From Mizuhopecten yessoensis (taxonomy: Eukaryota), in NCBI RefSeq assembly GCF_002113885.1, contig NW_018407853.1, positions 904,486-968,485 on the forward strand: a stretch of DNA of 64,000 nucleotides, written 5' to 3'. A program made the position numbers and the translations under genes. Below, piece by piece: positions 1 through 14,286 of this stretch. The notes below the pieces were generated by a model. That model was not told the DNA's origin, ran no database searches, and saw only the letters and a list, made by a program, of their open reading frames with translations. Each line of letters starts with the position of its first letter. Positions within the stretch are counted from its first letter, which is position 1.

Positions 1-200
1 AATGCTGGATATTAAATTTCAATATAAGTTTGCAATATTATTTGATAAGAAAAAGTTTTGTGGGATTCACAGATTCCTCTTACAAGTATTATGAATTCAG
101 AAAAATAAAAATTGTATACAGTACCATGAAATGAATTGTCGAAATTCAACTTTGAATTAAATTATTTAAATGAAGTTTTGATGTAATTTTACACCACCAG

Positions 201-3200
201 TATGAATGAGAGGATTATATCGTTGTACGACACTGCCGATCTGGCCACACCCCTACAGATAATGGAGGTGAATGCTGCCCCACCTGTACTGGTGCCTTAT
301 TATGACGAGGATAGTCACACAGTGTTCCTATCTAGTCGGGTAATGTTTATTATATGTTAGTAGTAATGTTTTTACTAGATGAGGTTTACATGATAGAATG
401 TCTTTATATCTTAATGTCTTTATAGGTTGTTCTGACTATATTATACTTAGAGCAACCTACCTATTCCTCAGTCGATAGGTTGTTGTCAGTCCCAGATCAT
501 GAGCTATGACTAATGTCCGTTAAATTTGGGTCAGTGTTCCCACTGAATTTTAGATTTGGGGGTATATTTGATACATTTTCAAGATTCTGTACCCGTAAGT
601 ACTAAGTAACATCAGCAAGCCTTAAGAACTGAGGTACAGCCAACTGTTTTGGGAGTGAAACCCTCATTTAGGGGTTTCTTGGAACAATGCTGGTATATTA
701 CCGGGTAAGCGAGGTTGTAACAGCTTAATACTGCCCGTGTACGTGACTTCAATCAATATCCACCATCGTTTGTGACTTCTATAAATATTCTATAAATATT
801 TGCCCTTATGTGATTTCCATTATTATTTTCCATTATCTAGATTCTTGTATAAAAGCGTTACATTTTTGCTTAGTTATTTTGTGTCAGGTTACTTTACGAA
901 GGTCAAAAGTCAGTAATCTCAATTTTATTTTTAACTATATAATCTTGAATAGTGAAGTGGACAGACTCAAAAAGATATTGTAGCTTCTTCTGTCTAGGAA
1001 AGTTTTATCTGAATTTGAAGCCAGCCTTTTGTAACTGATGTATTATAAGCAGTAGAATTGTATTATTAGATATCACATTAATATGAGTTTTTTTAACAAG
1101 GATAGAAATCTTAAATGTTCCTCTTGTGTGTTTAAATCATGTTGAATAAGCTGCAAAAAATAATAACTTCACTAAAAAATTCTTATATTGTCAAATACAA
1201 TGTGAATTATATGCATTTGTTTTTTATATAGGGTGAGAACCAGTTGTATGCATACGAAGTGTCAGACGAGGAGCCTTATATCACCCAACTGTCTAATTTC
1301 GCTGGGGAAGGCTTACATCAAGCCTTTTCCTTCCTTCCAAAAATCACCTGTAACCCAAAGGAAGTGGAATTTGCGCGGGCATGGCGACTGACTTCTACCT
1401 CACTGGAACCAATCTCCTTCACTGTCCCCAGGGTCAAGGTAGGTCAGGGTCAAAGAAGGTCGAGGTAGGTCACAGGTCAAGGTAGGCCACATGTCAAGAT
1501 AGATCCTAGGTCAAGGTAGGCCACAGGTCAAGATAGATCTGAGGTCAAGGTAGGCCACAGGTCAAGATAGATCCGAGGTCAAGGTAGGCCACATGTCAAG
1601 ATAGATCCTAGGTCAAGGTAGGCCACAGGTCAAGATAAATCTAAGGTCAAGGTAGGCCACATGTCAAGATAGATCCTAGGTCAAGGTAGGCCACATGTCA
1701 AGATAGATCCTAGGTCAAGGTAGGACACATCAAAATAAAGGTTGGTCAGGGTCACAGCAGGTCGAGGTAGGTCACAGGTCAAAGTAGATCACAAGTCAAG
1801 GTAGGCCAAATCTCAAGATAAACCCAATGTCAAGGTAAAACACAGGTCAAGGTAAATGAGGCAAAGATAGGCTGGAGTATAAATGCATTATAAGACTGGT
1901 CTGTTTCTGTGTGGTCACTATGGATGTGTTTGTTACAGACAGGTTTTTGACAAACTTTTGTTGATGTATCATGTATCTAGTTTTCCTTGTTGTTTCATAA
2001 CAAAAAGAAAATATATAGTAAATACTTTTCTGAAACAAGGTATTGAGGTTACTGTACTATGTCTAATGATCACAAGAACAAGTCTGTAATACAATGAATG
2101 TGGGAATGTTTTTTCCCTAGATGGAGTATTTCCAGGATGACCTGTTCCCGGACACCCGTGTGACGTGGGAACCCACCATGACCAGTGATGAATGGCTGTC
2201 AGGACTCAACAACCATGCTAGAACCATCAGCTTACAGCCCCGGGGGATGAAAAAATGTATGACAAATAGATGTTTGTGTTATAGACCGTTTTTTATCATG
2301 GTCATTCCAGATTCTATATGTACAGTACTTGTTGTGTACAGTATAATTATGAAGTATGGGATTTTTTTGGTAAAATATCTCTTACATGTAATTAATTGTG
2401 TAAAAGTGGAGATTTTTGTATTATTTACATTAATTTTGGACTTCACACTTCTCAAACAGTTTCCAGTGAGGAAATGCTCATGTTCCAACTTCTCTAAAAA
2501 TTCTGAGGAAAAGAAAATGAATATCTGCAATTCAGTTTCAGTTGTTGGTCCATGGTGTATTTATGTGCTGATCCATTTTAAACATTGAAGTTAACAGCTG
2601 TTCCACAGATAACAGCAGATTATATATTTACATCACAAGTGGTATGTCAGATAAAGGATTGGTAATTAATCCTGTCCATTTGTAACAGTGAGTGAAGCCC
2701 CTGTGGAGGCCCCCAAAGCCAGCAAATATGACAGTTACAATCCCGACACCTACAAAACAGATGAACAGAAGAAAGAGGAGGTTAGTCTTGTCTTATTGCA
2801 TCACTTTGATAAACAGGAGAAACAATGGCCAATAGTGGACAACGTTTCTAGGGGATACAACATTGTGATACAAATTTTGATTGAAAGACATTTTCACAGT
2901 CATGAGCTATTTAACATTAATATGTACTGGAAAGCTGGTTTTGCAAAATACAATATATGTATTATTTTTGTAGTGGTAATCTACTTGGAGCTGCCTTCCT
3001 TATTTAAATAATAAAGCCAAATTATTTTTTTCTGATCTTTTAGCACTAGAGCTATTTCAGCCTTAATGTTTCCACAGACTATATACTGTAGAGCTAGTGT
3101 TTCTTTTACAAGATTCTAAAATTTGCTGTTTTTCAAGCTGATGGTTTTCTACTCAAAGCAAATCTTTGTTTTGTATGGGAAATAATCATATTTGCAAACA

Positions 3201-6008
3201 TATTGCTTATCACATCTTTTATGTAAATACACAAAAGTATCGAACCAATGGGAAAACATTTCTTGGTATTAGATTTGAATAATACAGTAGAAATAATGTG
3301 TGCTGATCTCAACACACACAGTTACCGTTACGTATTCTATGTGTTCACAGTTACTCAGTGCGATGACAAACAAGCTGTCAGTACAAGGAGACCCCTTACC
3401 CCAGGACCTGGCAGAGGGCGTCGACTCGGACGAATGGGTAGGTAGTGATCCTCAATTTACCATGTAATATCTAATGACTAAGGGCTTGAACCTGTATTGT
3501 TCGTTTAGGATATAGGGATTTACCTAGTGATTTAATATTGCTATCTAGCGGGCTTGAACCTGTATTGTTCGTTTAGGATATAGGGATTGACCTAGTGATT
3601 TAATATTGCTATCTAGTGGGCTTGAACCTGTATTGTTCGTTTAGGATATAGGGATTGACCTAGTGATTTAATATTGCTATCTAGCAGGCTTGAACCTGTA
3701 TTGTTCGTTTAGGTTATAGGGATTGACCTAGTGATTTAATATTGCTATCTAGCGGGCTTGAACCTGTATTGTTCGTTTAGGTTATAGGGATTGACCTATT
3801 GATTTATTTTGCTATCTAGCAAGTCTTTACAAAGACTTCCATGGCCTACATTGACATTTGCAGGTCCATAAGGCTTTATCCTGTAATACATTTTATCACA
3901 TACCTCTTGAATAATCTTGTTATAGTAATACAAGCAATTTTCAGACCATGAAATACAACGTTCTGTATTGCACATGTGCAATACGGAATGTTGTATTGTA
4001 TTTACCTACTAGCCGGAACTACTTTTGATTAGTATCCCCTTGTCATGGCGAACTTGTCATCCCTACAAAACGACACCTCATTACAGCGACCAATTTTACA
4101 GAAGAAACCAACACTTCACTTTGAAAGTTTCCAGTTAGAAATCATACTGACAATGAATGCCAGCTCAAATTAGCTCAGTGCTTATTTTACATAGTGTACT
4201 ATATTTTGGAATATTTCAGCATCATAGAAAATATTTTGTATCCATAGTTTAGTTCTTAATAGCTCACCTGGTCCGAAGGACCAATGTGAGCTTATGCCGT
4301 ACCGTGGCGTACGTCAACAATTTCTTCAAACGACTTCTTCTTCTTAACCACTGATTGGAATTTGACTAAATTTGACTGGAAGCATCCCTAGGTAGTGGGG
4401 ATTCAAAATTGTACAAATGGTGGGGCTGAGGGATGGGGCCAAAAGGGGGCAATTTGGCTATATTGATATAAACGACTTCTTCTGTGGAACTATGCGATAG
4501 ATATTTATGATATTTGATTGGAAGTATCACTAGGTAGTGCGGATTTAAAATTGTACAAATGGTCAGGCTAACCCCCCATTGGGCTGAGGGGTGGGGCCAA
4601 AGGGGGCAATTTGGCTATATTGCTATGAACAACTTTTTCTGTAGAACTTTGCACTGGATATTGATCATATTTGGTTGGAAGCATTCATGGGAGGCAGGGA
4701 TTCAAATTGTTCAGGTGGTTGGGCTGACCCTCAGAGGGCTTACAGGCGGGGCCAAAAAGGGCTATTTTGCTACACTGCTTTAAGCGACTACTCTGGATCC
4801 GGAACCAAAAGATGGATATCAACCATATTTGACTGGAAGCATCCCTAGGTAGTGGGAATTCAAAATTATACAAATGAGATCCCCACCCCAAAACTATATA
4901 TACAGTTGTTGGGCATAAAGAGACAAATGCTGTCATGATATTAGAATTGACCCTGGGATCTGCCCCACCTTTGCAAACTTAACCCCTGGGTCATAACTTT
5001 GAAATGGTTGAGATCCCCACCCCAAAACTATATACATTATACAATTGTTGGGCATAAAGAGGCAAATGCTGTCATGATATTAGAATTGACCCTGGGATCT
5101 GCCCCACCTTTGCAAACTTAACCCCTGGGTCATAACTTTGAAACAGTTGAGATCCCCACCCCAAAACTATATACAAATGCTGGGCATAAAGAGACAAATG
5201 CTGTCATGATATTAGAATTGACCCTGGGGTCTGGCCACAACCCTAGGGACCTAGTTTTGTAGTCACAGCTTGGAAACAGTTGAGATCCCAACCCCATAAC
5301 CATACATAAACTTGCTGGGCATGAAAATGTTACAAGGTTTGGTCTTAGGTTCTGGCCCATTCCCTTGGATCTTATAAGGAGAATATTTTGCCATGATTGC
5401 TTAGATATCCAGGTGAGCAATACAGGCCCTCTGGGCCTCTTGTTAAATGTATGTATTATGTAAGCTTGTTCAGTCAACAGAGCAGCCATCTTTAAGAAGG
5501 GCCTATGTATCTACCATTACCATTTTGTCATAATAATGATCATGTCCCGCATCAGGCCATGACATTCATAGCCGACGCGAATGTGATCTTAACCATTTCA
5601 CCACTTTGGAGCACAATGGACTCATCCAATAAAGCTATGGTAGAGTCTAATAAAGTTACCTAGGGGTGAAAGGGTTAATTTGGTAGGGCTATATTTAGTT
5701 ATAATAGTGGCATCGTCATGCATATGATAAACATGAAAAGATGGTATATTTTGTGTAATGTTTTCAGCATTTCATTGCTGATAGCTTTCGACTTTTGTTC
5801 AGTTGCTTGTAACTGCTTCGTCTGCTTGCCTAAACAACCCTAGAAAGGCAGGGCTGTTCTGCTTGCCTAAACAACCCTAGAAAGGCAGGGTTGTCACTAA
5901 TCTTAATAGAAGTATTTGAAAATACACCACATCAGTTCCTGAAAAAGACGTATTCTGACATTAATATCACTTCTATTGATTTTCTTTTTCAAACAGGAAG
6001 ATGAATGA
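201..6008 (+). CDS. CORO7: Coronin-7, 3' portion (5' part lies outside the window). Coding exons 201-339, 1232-1438, 2121-2256, 2689-2780, 3351-3437, 5997-6008
   Basis: Exons join in frame across GT-AG introns to give ...LVPYYDEDSHTVFLSSR/GENQLYAYEV...LEPISFTVPRVK/MEYFQDDLFPDTRVTWEP...SLQPRGMKK/LSEAPVEAP...KTDEQKKEE/LLSAMTNKLSVQGDPLPQDLAEGVDSDEW/EDE*. The FQDDLFPDT coronin motif and the DPLPQD..EGVD.DEW acidic tail are characteristic of coronin-7. Confidence 0.93.
1430..1857 (+). repeat. Minisatellite, 17-bp unit often paired as a 34-bp dimer (aggtcaaggtaggccac/atgtcaagatagatcct), starting at the CORO7 splice donor
   Basis: Units are directly visible. The first overlaps the exon end gggtcaag|gtagg at 1438/1439. 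Confidence 0.9.
3482..3820. repeat. 68-bp tandem repeat, about 5 copies, in a CORO7 intron
   Basis: gggcttgaacctgtattgttcgtttagg recurs at 3482, 3550, 3618, ~3686 and ~3754. Confidence 0.93.
4260..5444 (+). mobile_element. Non-autonomous Helentron-associated (HINE/DINE-1-like) element with internal tandem repeats
   Basis: 5' tagctcacctgg...gtgagct; 3' subterminal inverted repeat caggtgagc followed by the hairpin aggccctctgggcct and cttgtt; internal ~180-bp and ~135-140-bp tandem units. Confidence 0.75.
5589..5678. mobile_element. ~90-bp TTAA-flanked MITE (piggyBac-like termini)
   Basis: ttaaccatttcacc...ggtgaaagggttaa inverted termini; a second copy lies in the opposite orientation at 16336-16426. 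Confidence 0.7.
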
Positions 6009-7645
6009 TGACTGAGTGCCCGGCGTGAAGGGGTTAGAATGTTGCTTTGTTTTCACATCAGACACAAGTATTACTATACAAAAGAGTCGCCAAAGGGAGG
6101 AAATCCATTTATTTGCGTAAAGCATTTGTTTCTGAATTTGTGGAAAACAGATGTATGGTGGACGAGGAAATTCCAAACCAGGGGATACAAACGGGCATCA
6201 AATCTGAGATTCTGCCAAGTGATTTCTCCCCTACTATTTCATTGATCATTTCAGATGTGAAAAGTATGATAGTATTTCATGGTCAATTAACAAATCTTGT
6301 CACGATTCTAAGGAAATAGAAACTGAATAGTGAAGTCACTTAAATACAGCAACCAAAGAAGATAGCTCAAGAAGTTGGATAGATTGTATTACGCATATAG
6401 GCAATCTCAAAACTGCAGGGACCAACAAATATATTATTTTAAGATAACTTCATGTTCTAAATAACAAATGTTTACCTGCAATAAATTATTGGGAGTAAGA
6501 CAGAACAGAGGGGCAAGGCTTTAGTGTTAAGATGGGGAAGATGTTACGGGGGACATGGATGTTATTAATGATAAAGTGTGGTTGAGTGTGGGTATTTGGG
6601 AGGGAAAAGGAAAAAGGTATGTTGTTTTGCACACATCTTGCCTCCTTAATTAGGAGAGGAATTAACTGCAAAATAATAAAATTAGTTAATCACCTTTTGC
6701 ACATTTGTATATTTTGAGTTAAAAAGGGACTTAGATAACTTTCTAATTACTGGTAAGGATGTTAACCCTAGTTATGTTTATACCAACTAAAGTCAGTCAC
6801 ATGCTGAAACTGACTAAAATTGGTCTGTGAGGATAGGCCCATCACAGGTAAAACACTAGAGAAGTGCCAGGTGGGATGAACAAAATACTCCAAATAAATG
6901 GAAAACCAGTTCTAATGTTGGTAGTGTTATTGATTAACACAATCAAACCTGTCTGTTCAAACTGCCCTGCAGAAAAGGTGAGAACAGCTGTAGCTGTATA
7001 AAACCACCGTGAGGCGTTATTCTCATGATGGTAGGTGGTCTTTATATACTGGTGGTCTTTATAGGCGGGAGATCTTATAGCTAAATTTCACGCAGTTTGA
7101 AAACATTGTTACTTATATTTTATTGTTGAGAACTTTTTGTTACAATATACATGTACATGCATTATTTATAAACATTTCATATTGTTCAATGTTTTTCTGT
7201 TTGTCATTTACGGATAATGTGATACTTATAACCTTTTGTGTATACAGATGGAAGGTATGTAAAACAGGAAAGGTCGCTAACATTTATCAGGTATATTGTA
7301 CATTAATTGAATTAATTTAATTAATGCGGTAACTTAATCACGACTTCAGATATCCTGTGATGACTGTTTCAGATGCATTAAAACGAAGAAAAATGTCATC
7401 ACCATTGCTTTTGTAAAACAATTCCACACGAATAATCCATCTGAAGCATGATCGCAGACATCATTTTTTCGTGAAAAGTTTATTATTTTCTATCAAGCCT
7501 GACCTTTACTGTGGGCTTAATACACAGTTCAAGTGCAATTCCATATGAACCAGGTATCGGATAATTACCTGAGCAGAACTTTTAGTACACAGTTTTTCCT
7601 TAACATTAGATCAGGTCCATCTGTACATTTCTAGCTTTAAACAGA

Positions 7646-7778
7646 TTTTTAGCTCACCTGCCCGAAGTTTGTAATTGAATTATTTGTAGTACATGTAAAT
7701 ATAATGTTTAATGAGAATAATTTTCTATGACTGTTTAATATCTAGATGAGCGATACAGGCCCTCTGGGCCTCTTGTTT
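7646..7778 (+). mobile_element. Minimal internally deleted HINE copy (ends only)
   Basis: tttttagctcacctgcccgaag ... atgagcgatacaggccctctgggcctcttgtt; same termini as 4260-5444. Confidence 0.7.
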
Positions 7779-9484
7779 TATCTTGTTCGTGATTTTACCC
7801 CAAAGTGCCTTTTGAGTTTCCTTCCAGTGTGAATTTTGTGGATCAGTTTCGAAGAATTATATATAACTGTTTGTAAACTAAGCTAAGAAAGATAAATGTT
7901 AGTTTTTTAAAGTGGAACAGATTTTAAATATCTGTTAAATGAACTTCCTAAAGCTTCATGGAACAAAATACATTTAAACCAATCAAGTTCTAGTTTGATG
8001 TATTCAATTTTGTAAATGTCTATTTTTACCGTCTTGTTTGGCTTCTAATGACTCACAATGTTGACAGGCAATAATACAAAAACAAAACGCATTAAAACTC
8101 TCATGTGTTTGCCATTTTCATGAAATAGAAATCAAAGAAATTCACACAAATCTGATCTACATAAGAAATGAAATGGTGCATTTGAATTGACCAAAAAATA
8201 CATGTCCATGTTGATATAAAGGAATAAGGGACAGTTATACCGGTAGTTTTGAAACAAGCATTTAAATAATAATCCGGGACCAAACCCTTCAATGAACAAA
8301 ATTTGTGTTCCATATAAAACTAATACTCCTTTTGTTTGCTTTAGTTTTCTTTTTACTGTGTTACAAACCAAGGGATATTTGTTTTGATGACATGAACCAA
8401 AGTCTGTGCAATCAATTGTTGTTTGTCTGGCATATTGCTGCATGGTTTAATTAAATGTTTATTTCTATTGCAAGTGAGGTTTTTGAACAAATGTACTTTG
8501 TATGTATTTTATTATTATAATTTTCAATTAAAATATTATTGTCTATAAGAGTTGCTGGTATTGATAGGCGTCACTCAAGTGCCGTAGAACATGAGTTCAA
8601 ACTCTGGACAGGGCAGAAGTGAAAAAATAGTCTTCCTCAGTAATTTGTGTTTCTTTGTTGCGTATCAAATTAACAAAGTGAATAGACTGATGTTGATTTG
8701 ATACCAGCTACGCGTTATAATAAAATTGCGCTGTATTTATATAAATATCAGCATGTGTAACATTGCTTATGCTTTTTGTGTACGTTGTATTTATATTATA
8801 CCAAAACAGAGCACATGGACTCTTAGAAATATACATCTGTCTTACGTACAAACTAAATTCTACCCTATTTTTGTTATCTTTTTGTATATGTGGACTTTGT
8901 TATGTACTTGTCTCGTGTATTTGTGACTAACACTGACAGTTGTATTGAGCTTCTGTTCCTTTAATGATACACGAAAGGGAATGTTCAATTTAAAAACAAA
9001 TAAATATATATATATTCACAGAAATCCAAGTATTCCAGGTATCATCTGAAGGCGAATCCCATGCCCTGCACATTGTTGTTCTTAGTTTTACTTGTCAAGA
9101 AAATAAAACCGACATGAATTTGACCTGTATCATTAAACTTGGGAAGCCCAGTACAACTTAGTCCTGTTAAGTTGATGTTAATGAAATAATAAACACAAGA
9201 CAAGCGTGATATTTATTTTAAATGTATTAAAATACCTGAACAGAGATTGCAAATCTTGAATATCATTTTTGTTCTCATTTTCCAACATGAGTACTTTGTG
9301 GGTGAAACAATACATGCCTTTTACATGGCATGTACATCGACTCATTATTTGATGTTCACTGACGGAAGGAAGACACAAAATTTACCAAGTGTCCTTTACA
9401 ACTTGAAAATTAACTAACAAGAGTTAGATAAATATGATACTCAATGCAACCACACATAAATATGTTATACATGTATATAGAAAT

Positions 9485-10060
9485 CTGTGTTTCTCTGTGG
9501 AATACATTATTCCTGTGTTTCTCTGTGAAATACATTATTCTTGTGTTTCTCTGTGGAATACATTATTCCTGTGTTACTCTGTGGAATACATTATTCCTGT
9601 GTTTCACTTAGGAATACATTATTCCTGTGTTTCTCTTAGGAATACATTATTCCTGTGTTTCTCTGTGGTACATTATTCCTGTGTTTCTCTGTGGAATACA
9701 TTATTCCTGTGTTTCTCTGTGGAATACATTATTCCTGTGTTTCTCTGTGGAATACATTATTCCTGTGTTTCCCTTGGGAATACATTATTCCTGTGTTTCC
9801 CTTGGGAATACATTATTCCTGTGTTTCCCTTGGGAATACATTATTACTGTGTTTCTCTGTGGAATACATTATTCCTGTGTTTCCCTTGGGAATACATTAT
9901 TCCTGTGTTTCTCTGTGAAATACATTATTCTTGTGTTTCTCTGTGGAATACATTATTCCTGTGTTTCTCTGTGGAATACATTATTCCTTTGTTTTTCTGT
10001 GGAATACATTATTCCTGTGTTTCTCTGTGGAATACATTATTCCTGTGTTTCTCTTGGGAA
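9485..10060. repeat. 28-bp minisatellite (ctgtgtttctctgtggaatacattattc), about 20 copies
   Basis: Directly visible; it generates the spurious periodic ORFs at 9434, 9627 and 9655. Confidence 0.95.
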
Positions 10061-10394
10061 ACACTTGCCATGAACTATGACATCACAATGGAAGATGACA
10101 TCACAAAACATTGATGCAATAATTAGAAGAAATGTAACATCCAGGGTGTTACCTACTAGTGGGTAACCAAGAATGTTATCAACTTCTGGTAGGTTTATCC
10201 AATGAGTCGAGAGTGAAGAAACTAATAGTGTGGTAGAAATAAGGTAAAGTGAATGGACAGATGTATGCAGATACATCAAGATAAACGAGGCAAACTATTG
10301 TAAGGTAATCCATTAGTCCCCCACTGGTAATGATTTCTATATTTAATAAACAGTACACTTATGTCAGAATGTACCTACTGTTCAAAGCATATGT

Positions 10395-10727
10395 CACAGT
10401 GAGGTCATAATGACCTAATTCCTGCACTTGCCATCCAGAGATGTCCTTGTACACCAAATTTGGTTACTCCAGGTGAAATAGTATAAAAGGTATGCCCCGG
10501 ACAAAACAGTTTCAAAAGTAAAGGTCAAAGGTCAAGTCATAGGTCACAGTGACCTAATTCTTGCACTCCGCAATCCCAAGATGTCCTTGTATACCAAATC
10601 TGGATACTCCAGGTGGAATAGTATAGAAGCTATGCCCTGGACAAACTTCTTGGACGGAAGAACGGACGGACGGACAGTGTGCAAACCTATAGACCCCCCC
10701 CCCCCACGGAACCGATGGGGGACTAAC
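10395..10727 (-). mobile_element. Partial HINE-like element (ggac microsatellite plus terminal hairpin)
   Basis: Two related core units (cacagtga...acctaattc..gcact...atcc..agatgtccttgt), then ggacggacggac, then tagacccccc...gggggactaa. Confidence 0.5.
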
Positions 10728-12640
10728 AATAGCAATCCATGTACCATGTTTATGTATGGGTATACAGGTTGTAGATTACTACTTACTGAAGTGAAACAAA
10801 GAATAAAACATCTCGCCTTCAATCACATTAGTGAAGTAGAAAGAAAATGATGCTTCCGATAAACATTATATAGAAGATAGATCAAGGGCTATAACACTAT
10901 ATAAATTGGTGCATATGGTCTAATTGGTACTTGATACTCGAGCGTCTAATGATTAGTGTGGTGAATGAAACAGAAATGTGAAGGAAGGTACATGACTGTA
11001 TATTACTACTCTGACTAACTTAAGTATATTGCATGTTTATTTCTCGTTGATTAAGGTTTTATCTATGATATTTGTGAATTTTGCTTTTATCAAAACATTA
11101 TGGAATCCTGTTTTAATTCACTTTTTTCAAGTGAAGCAAAACATAGATAATTCAATGAAGAGCAAGTGAGGTAAATACTTACAACATTACAGACGAAAGC
11201 AAAGACATTTGATTAATACAAAGACATTGTAGTCATACATATGACACATGCTATATTTATCAACCTGTAAACAAAGCACAGAGAGGTCATTTATATTGAT
11301 ATAGAACAAAATACGATATAACGATTGACTTCATAACTAGTAGCTTTCACAGGGCTCTTCAGGTTTATATCTAAAATCACACGGCTCTTCAGGTTTATAT
11401 CTAAAAGGACTTGCATGTCATCACACTACAATAGTAATGTGATGTCAACATGTACACAAAATTGGTGGAAAATTATGCAAGCTATAGTAAAATTTTCCTG
11501 TGACCTGTTGAGTTTAGGTTTTATTATTTTGATAAAAAGATCTACTGTTTAATATAATATGTATGTAAAATGGTTTCCAATTCATAATTATTTTATAAAA
11601 CAACAACTTTTTTTTTTTTTTTTTTTTCATTTTAAAGCCTCCGACAAACTGAAATGAAAAATTTGGAATGAGTTCCATCTGCAGTCACAGGTACACAAGC
11701 ACACACCATATCTGTTTTACTCACAGTTCAAAGAACCTGATTTGTGTTACTACTGAATAAGGATGCTATACTAAAATATTTACAGTGTGTAAAATATGAT
11801 AAAAAGGTTACCTTATAACCATTTCAATATCCTACCCCTATATCATTCCTCAACCCATTTGTTTTTTTTGCAAAAGTACCATATTTTGGCTTTTTCTGCA
11901 TAGCAATGCAATTGTGTTGCTATGGTAAGGCATCTACACATGCACATTGGTTAAGTATAGTGCAAATTAACCAATATGATGTTTATAACAGAAATTGGTA
12001 AATAACTTCAAGTTGAAATTTTTACTTTTTATGAGTCCAAAAATGATCCATAGCATCCCAAGTCCTTTCTGTATGTACAATGGGAAACCATTAAATGTTT
12101 TATTTGTTATGTACATTTAAAAATTAAACAACAACAAAAAAACACCATGAAAAGAGTGCCAACATTAGTACCTGGTATTTACAACCCTGTCAAGTATGAC
12201 ATCTAAGTTCTCCTGACACTAGGAGCCGAACCATAGACATCCACAATACAATACATTTACTATGATCACAGATACAGCTTAAATGAAAGATTGATTATTT
12301 TCCAGTGGTTATATATACTTCTATTACTCTAAATCATTCGTATATTTAATTTGCAAAGGGACTTAACAAAACAAAAGGGATAACAATATCTAGAGAACAT
12401 AAAATGCATTCCGACGAACAAAGAAACCTCATGTTTCTCGGTTATCTCCTTTACATCACACTATCCCTATCATTAACATGAACATTTGATGGGTCAGTTT
12501 TGAAGGAAAAATCAAAATTGGAAATAGTAAATTGCAGATAACAAATATCTACTCTGCTGTTTTGCCCAGACAAGCCTTCACCGGCAATTTAGTATGTATC
12601 AGGTATATTAGACTGCTCCCCCCCCCCCCCCCCCCGTCTC

Positions 12641-13980
12641 TAGATAGATAGATAGATAGATTGATTTATTTGGTAAACCATTGCATCAATACATAAACGT
12701 ACATCACATGGACAATACAATACATGTTTTATAGGGATAACACAGTAAAGTCACAGACTTATTTCCACTGTTCTACCTAAAATATAACATAAATACGATC
12801 ATTTTACAAATACAATTAGAAGTCAATACATACATATATTTATCACAGTGTAATATATTGAGTACAAAATTAACATCACCACCCTATGTTCTGTGTCACA
12901 TATGGTAGTATTCATATAAGTATAAAACACTAACGGTCTCTGTTGCATAAAAACGCATTATGTGTTACACATAACTAGTCATAAAATATCAAGAACTCTG
13001 CTGTAAAAATATTTTCACTCTCTTCTTAAAATTTATTTTGTTTACTATGGACCGTATATAAGAAGATAAAATGTTCCAAATCTGAATCCCGTTGTAAAAG
13101 AAAGTCTTTGACATCTGACCTTTTGCACATGGCACTGTAAAGTTTAAAGATAATTTTCTCGTTGCGTATCCATGGCGTTCATTAACCCTCGTAAATTTTT
13201 CTGTAATATAACTTGGATAAGTTTCGTGAAATACATTGAACATATGGTTTAAGCCCAATTGCTTTGCTCGGTTTTCAACATTCAAAAGATTCATATTTGT
13301 TAAGAATTTACCATCTATTCTCGTCCTTGGCCCAAAATCACAAATAAAACGTACACATCTGTTCTGTGCTACTTGCAACTGGTTTTTCAACCTTTGATTT
13401 AAACCATAATACCAGGCTGAGCAGCAGTAGTCAAAATTACATAGCACTAGTGAATTACAAAGCGTCATTCTTATGTCCAGAGGAAGATTTTTACATTGTC
13501 TGTACAAAAAATGTAGACGAGAATTTACTTTCTTTATAATTATTATGTTCTCAGCAATGAAGTCTCCTGTCAAAAATTTATCAATATCAACGCCAAGGTA
13601 GCACACTTTTTCTGAAGCTTTTATTGTTTGGCCATTTACATCTATTTCGAAGTTGTCAACTTTTTTTAGTGTACAATATACATTCCGTCTTGCCAAGATG
13701 TAAGGATAATTTGTTGTTTACCAGCCATATATTACAGTTGGATATTTCTCTGGATAATTTCTATTTGATTTCCTCAGGATCTTTATTAGAAAACAAAATA
13801 GCGCTGCCGTCTGCATACAATAATAATTTACAGTCGGTACTGATGCTCAGTTCCATGTCATTTACATAGCATAAAAATAAAAGTGGTCCCAGAATACTAC
13901 CTTGTGGAACACCTCTTCGTGGTTTTGAGAAAACATTTTTGATAGATACAAGTTGCTCATGTGAGGACAAGTATGACATG
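12641..13980 (-). mobile_element. 5'-truncated, frameshifted non-LTR retrotransposon (CR1/L2-like RT C-terminal half)
   Basis: GVPQGSILGPLLFLCYVNDM...LLYADG (13761-14024 ORF) and YLGVDID...FDYCCSAWY...LQVAQNRCVRFI (12989-13696 ORF). The minus-strand 3' end reads aaataaatcaat followed by (ctat)n. Confidence 0.88.
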
Positions 13981-14286
13981 AACCAGGATACATGGTAGAA
14001 TATTGAATTATTTACATAAAACAATTAACTCTAATATTTTTTATCAGTTGGATGTCTGACTCTAAGTTTTAAACGAGGGGGAGATAGGCTAGTATTAAAA
14101 TGCAATTGAGAAATTCTTCATAAAAACTTACAGGCTGGTAGCCAGTCTACCGGTATATTTGACCTTGAGGTGATGAGGTCACATTAACCTTGTTACTATA
14201 TACACTGCATACGTTCTGTGGGTGTTGCTGAACCCTTCAACTTTAACTATTGACTGAATGTTCTTAAGGGTCATCTGACCATACAT

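Noticed and set aside
2257-3011. C-terminal extensions of ORFs 2121-2588 and 2688-3011
   Set aside because: Intronic read-through past the donors at 2257 and 2781; coronin similarity stops there.
9434-10114. Hydrophobic repetitive ORFs
   Set aside because: Translation of the 28-bp minisatellite in several frames.
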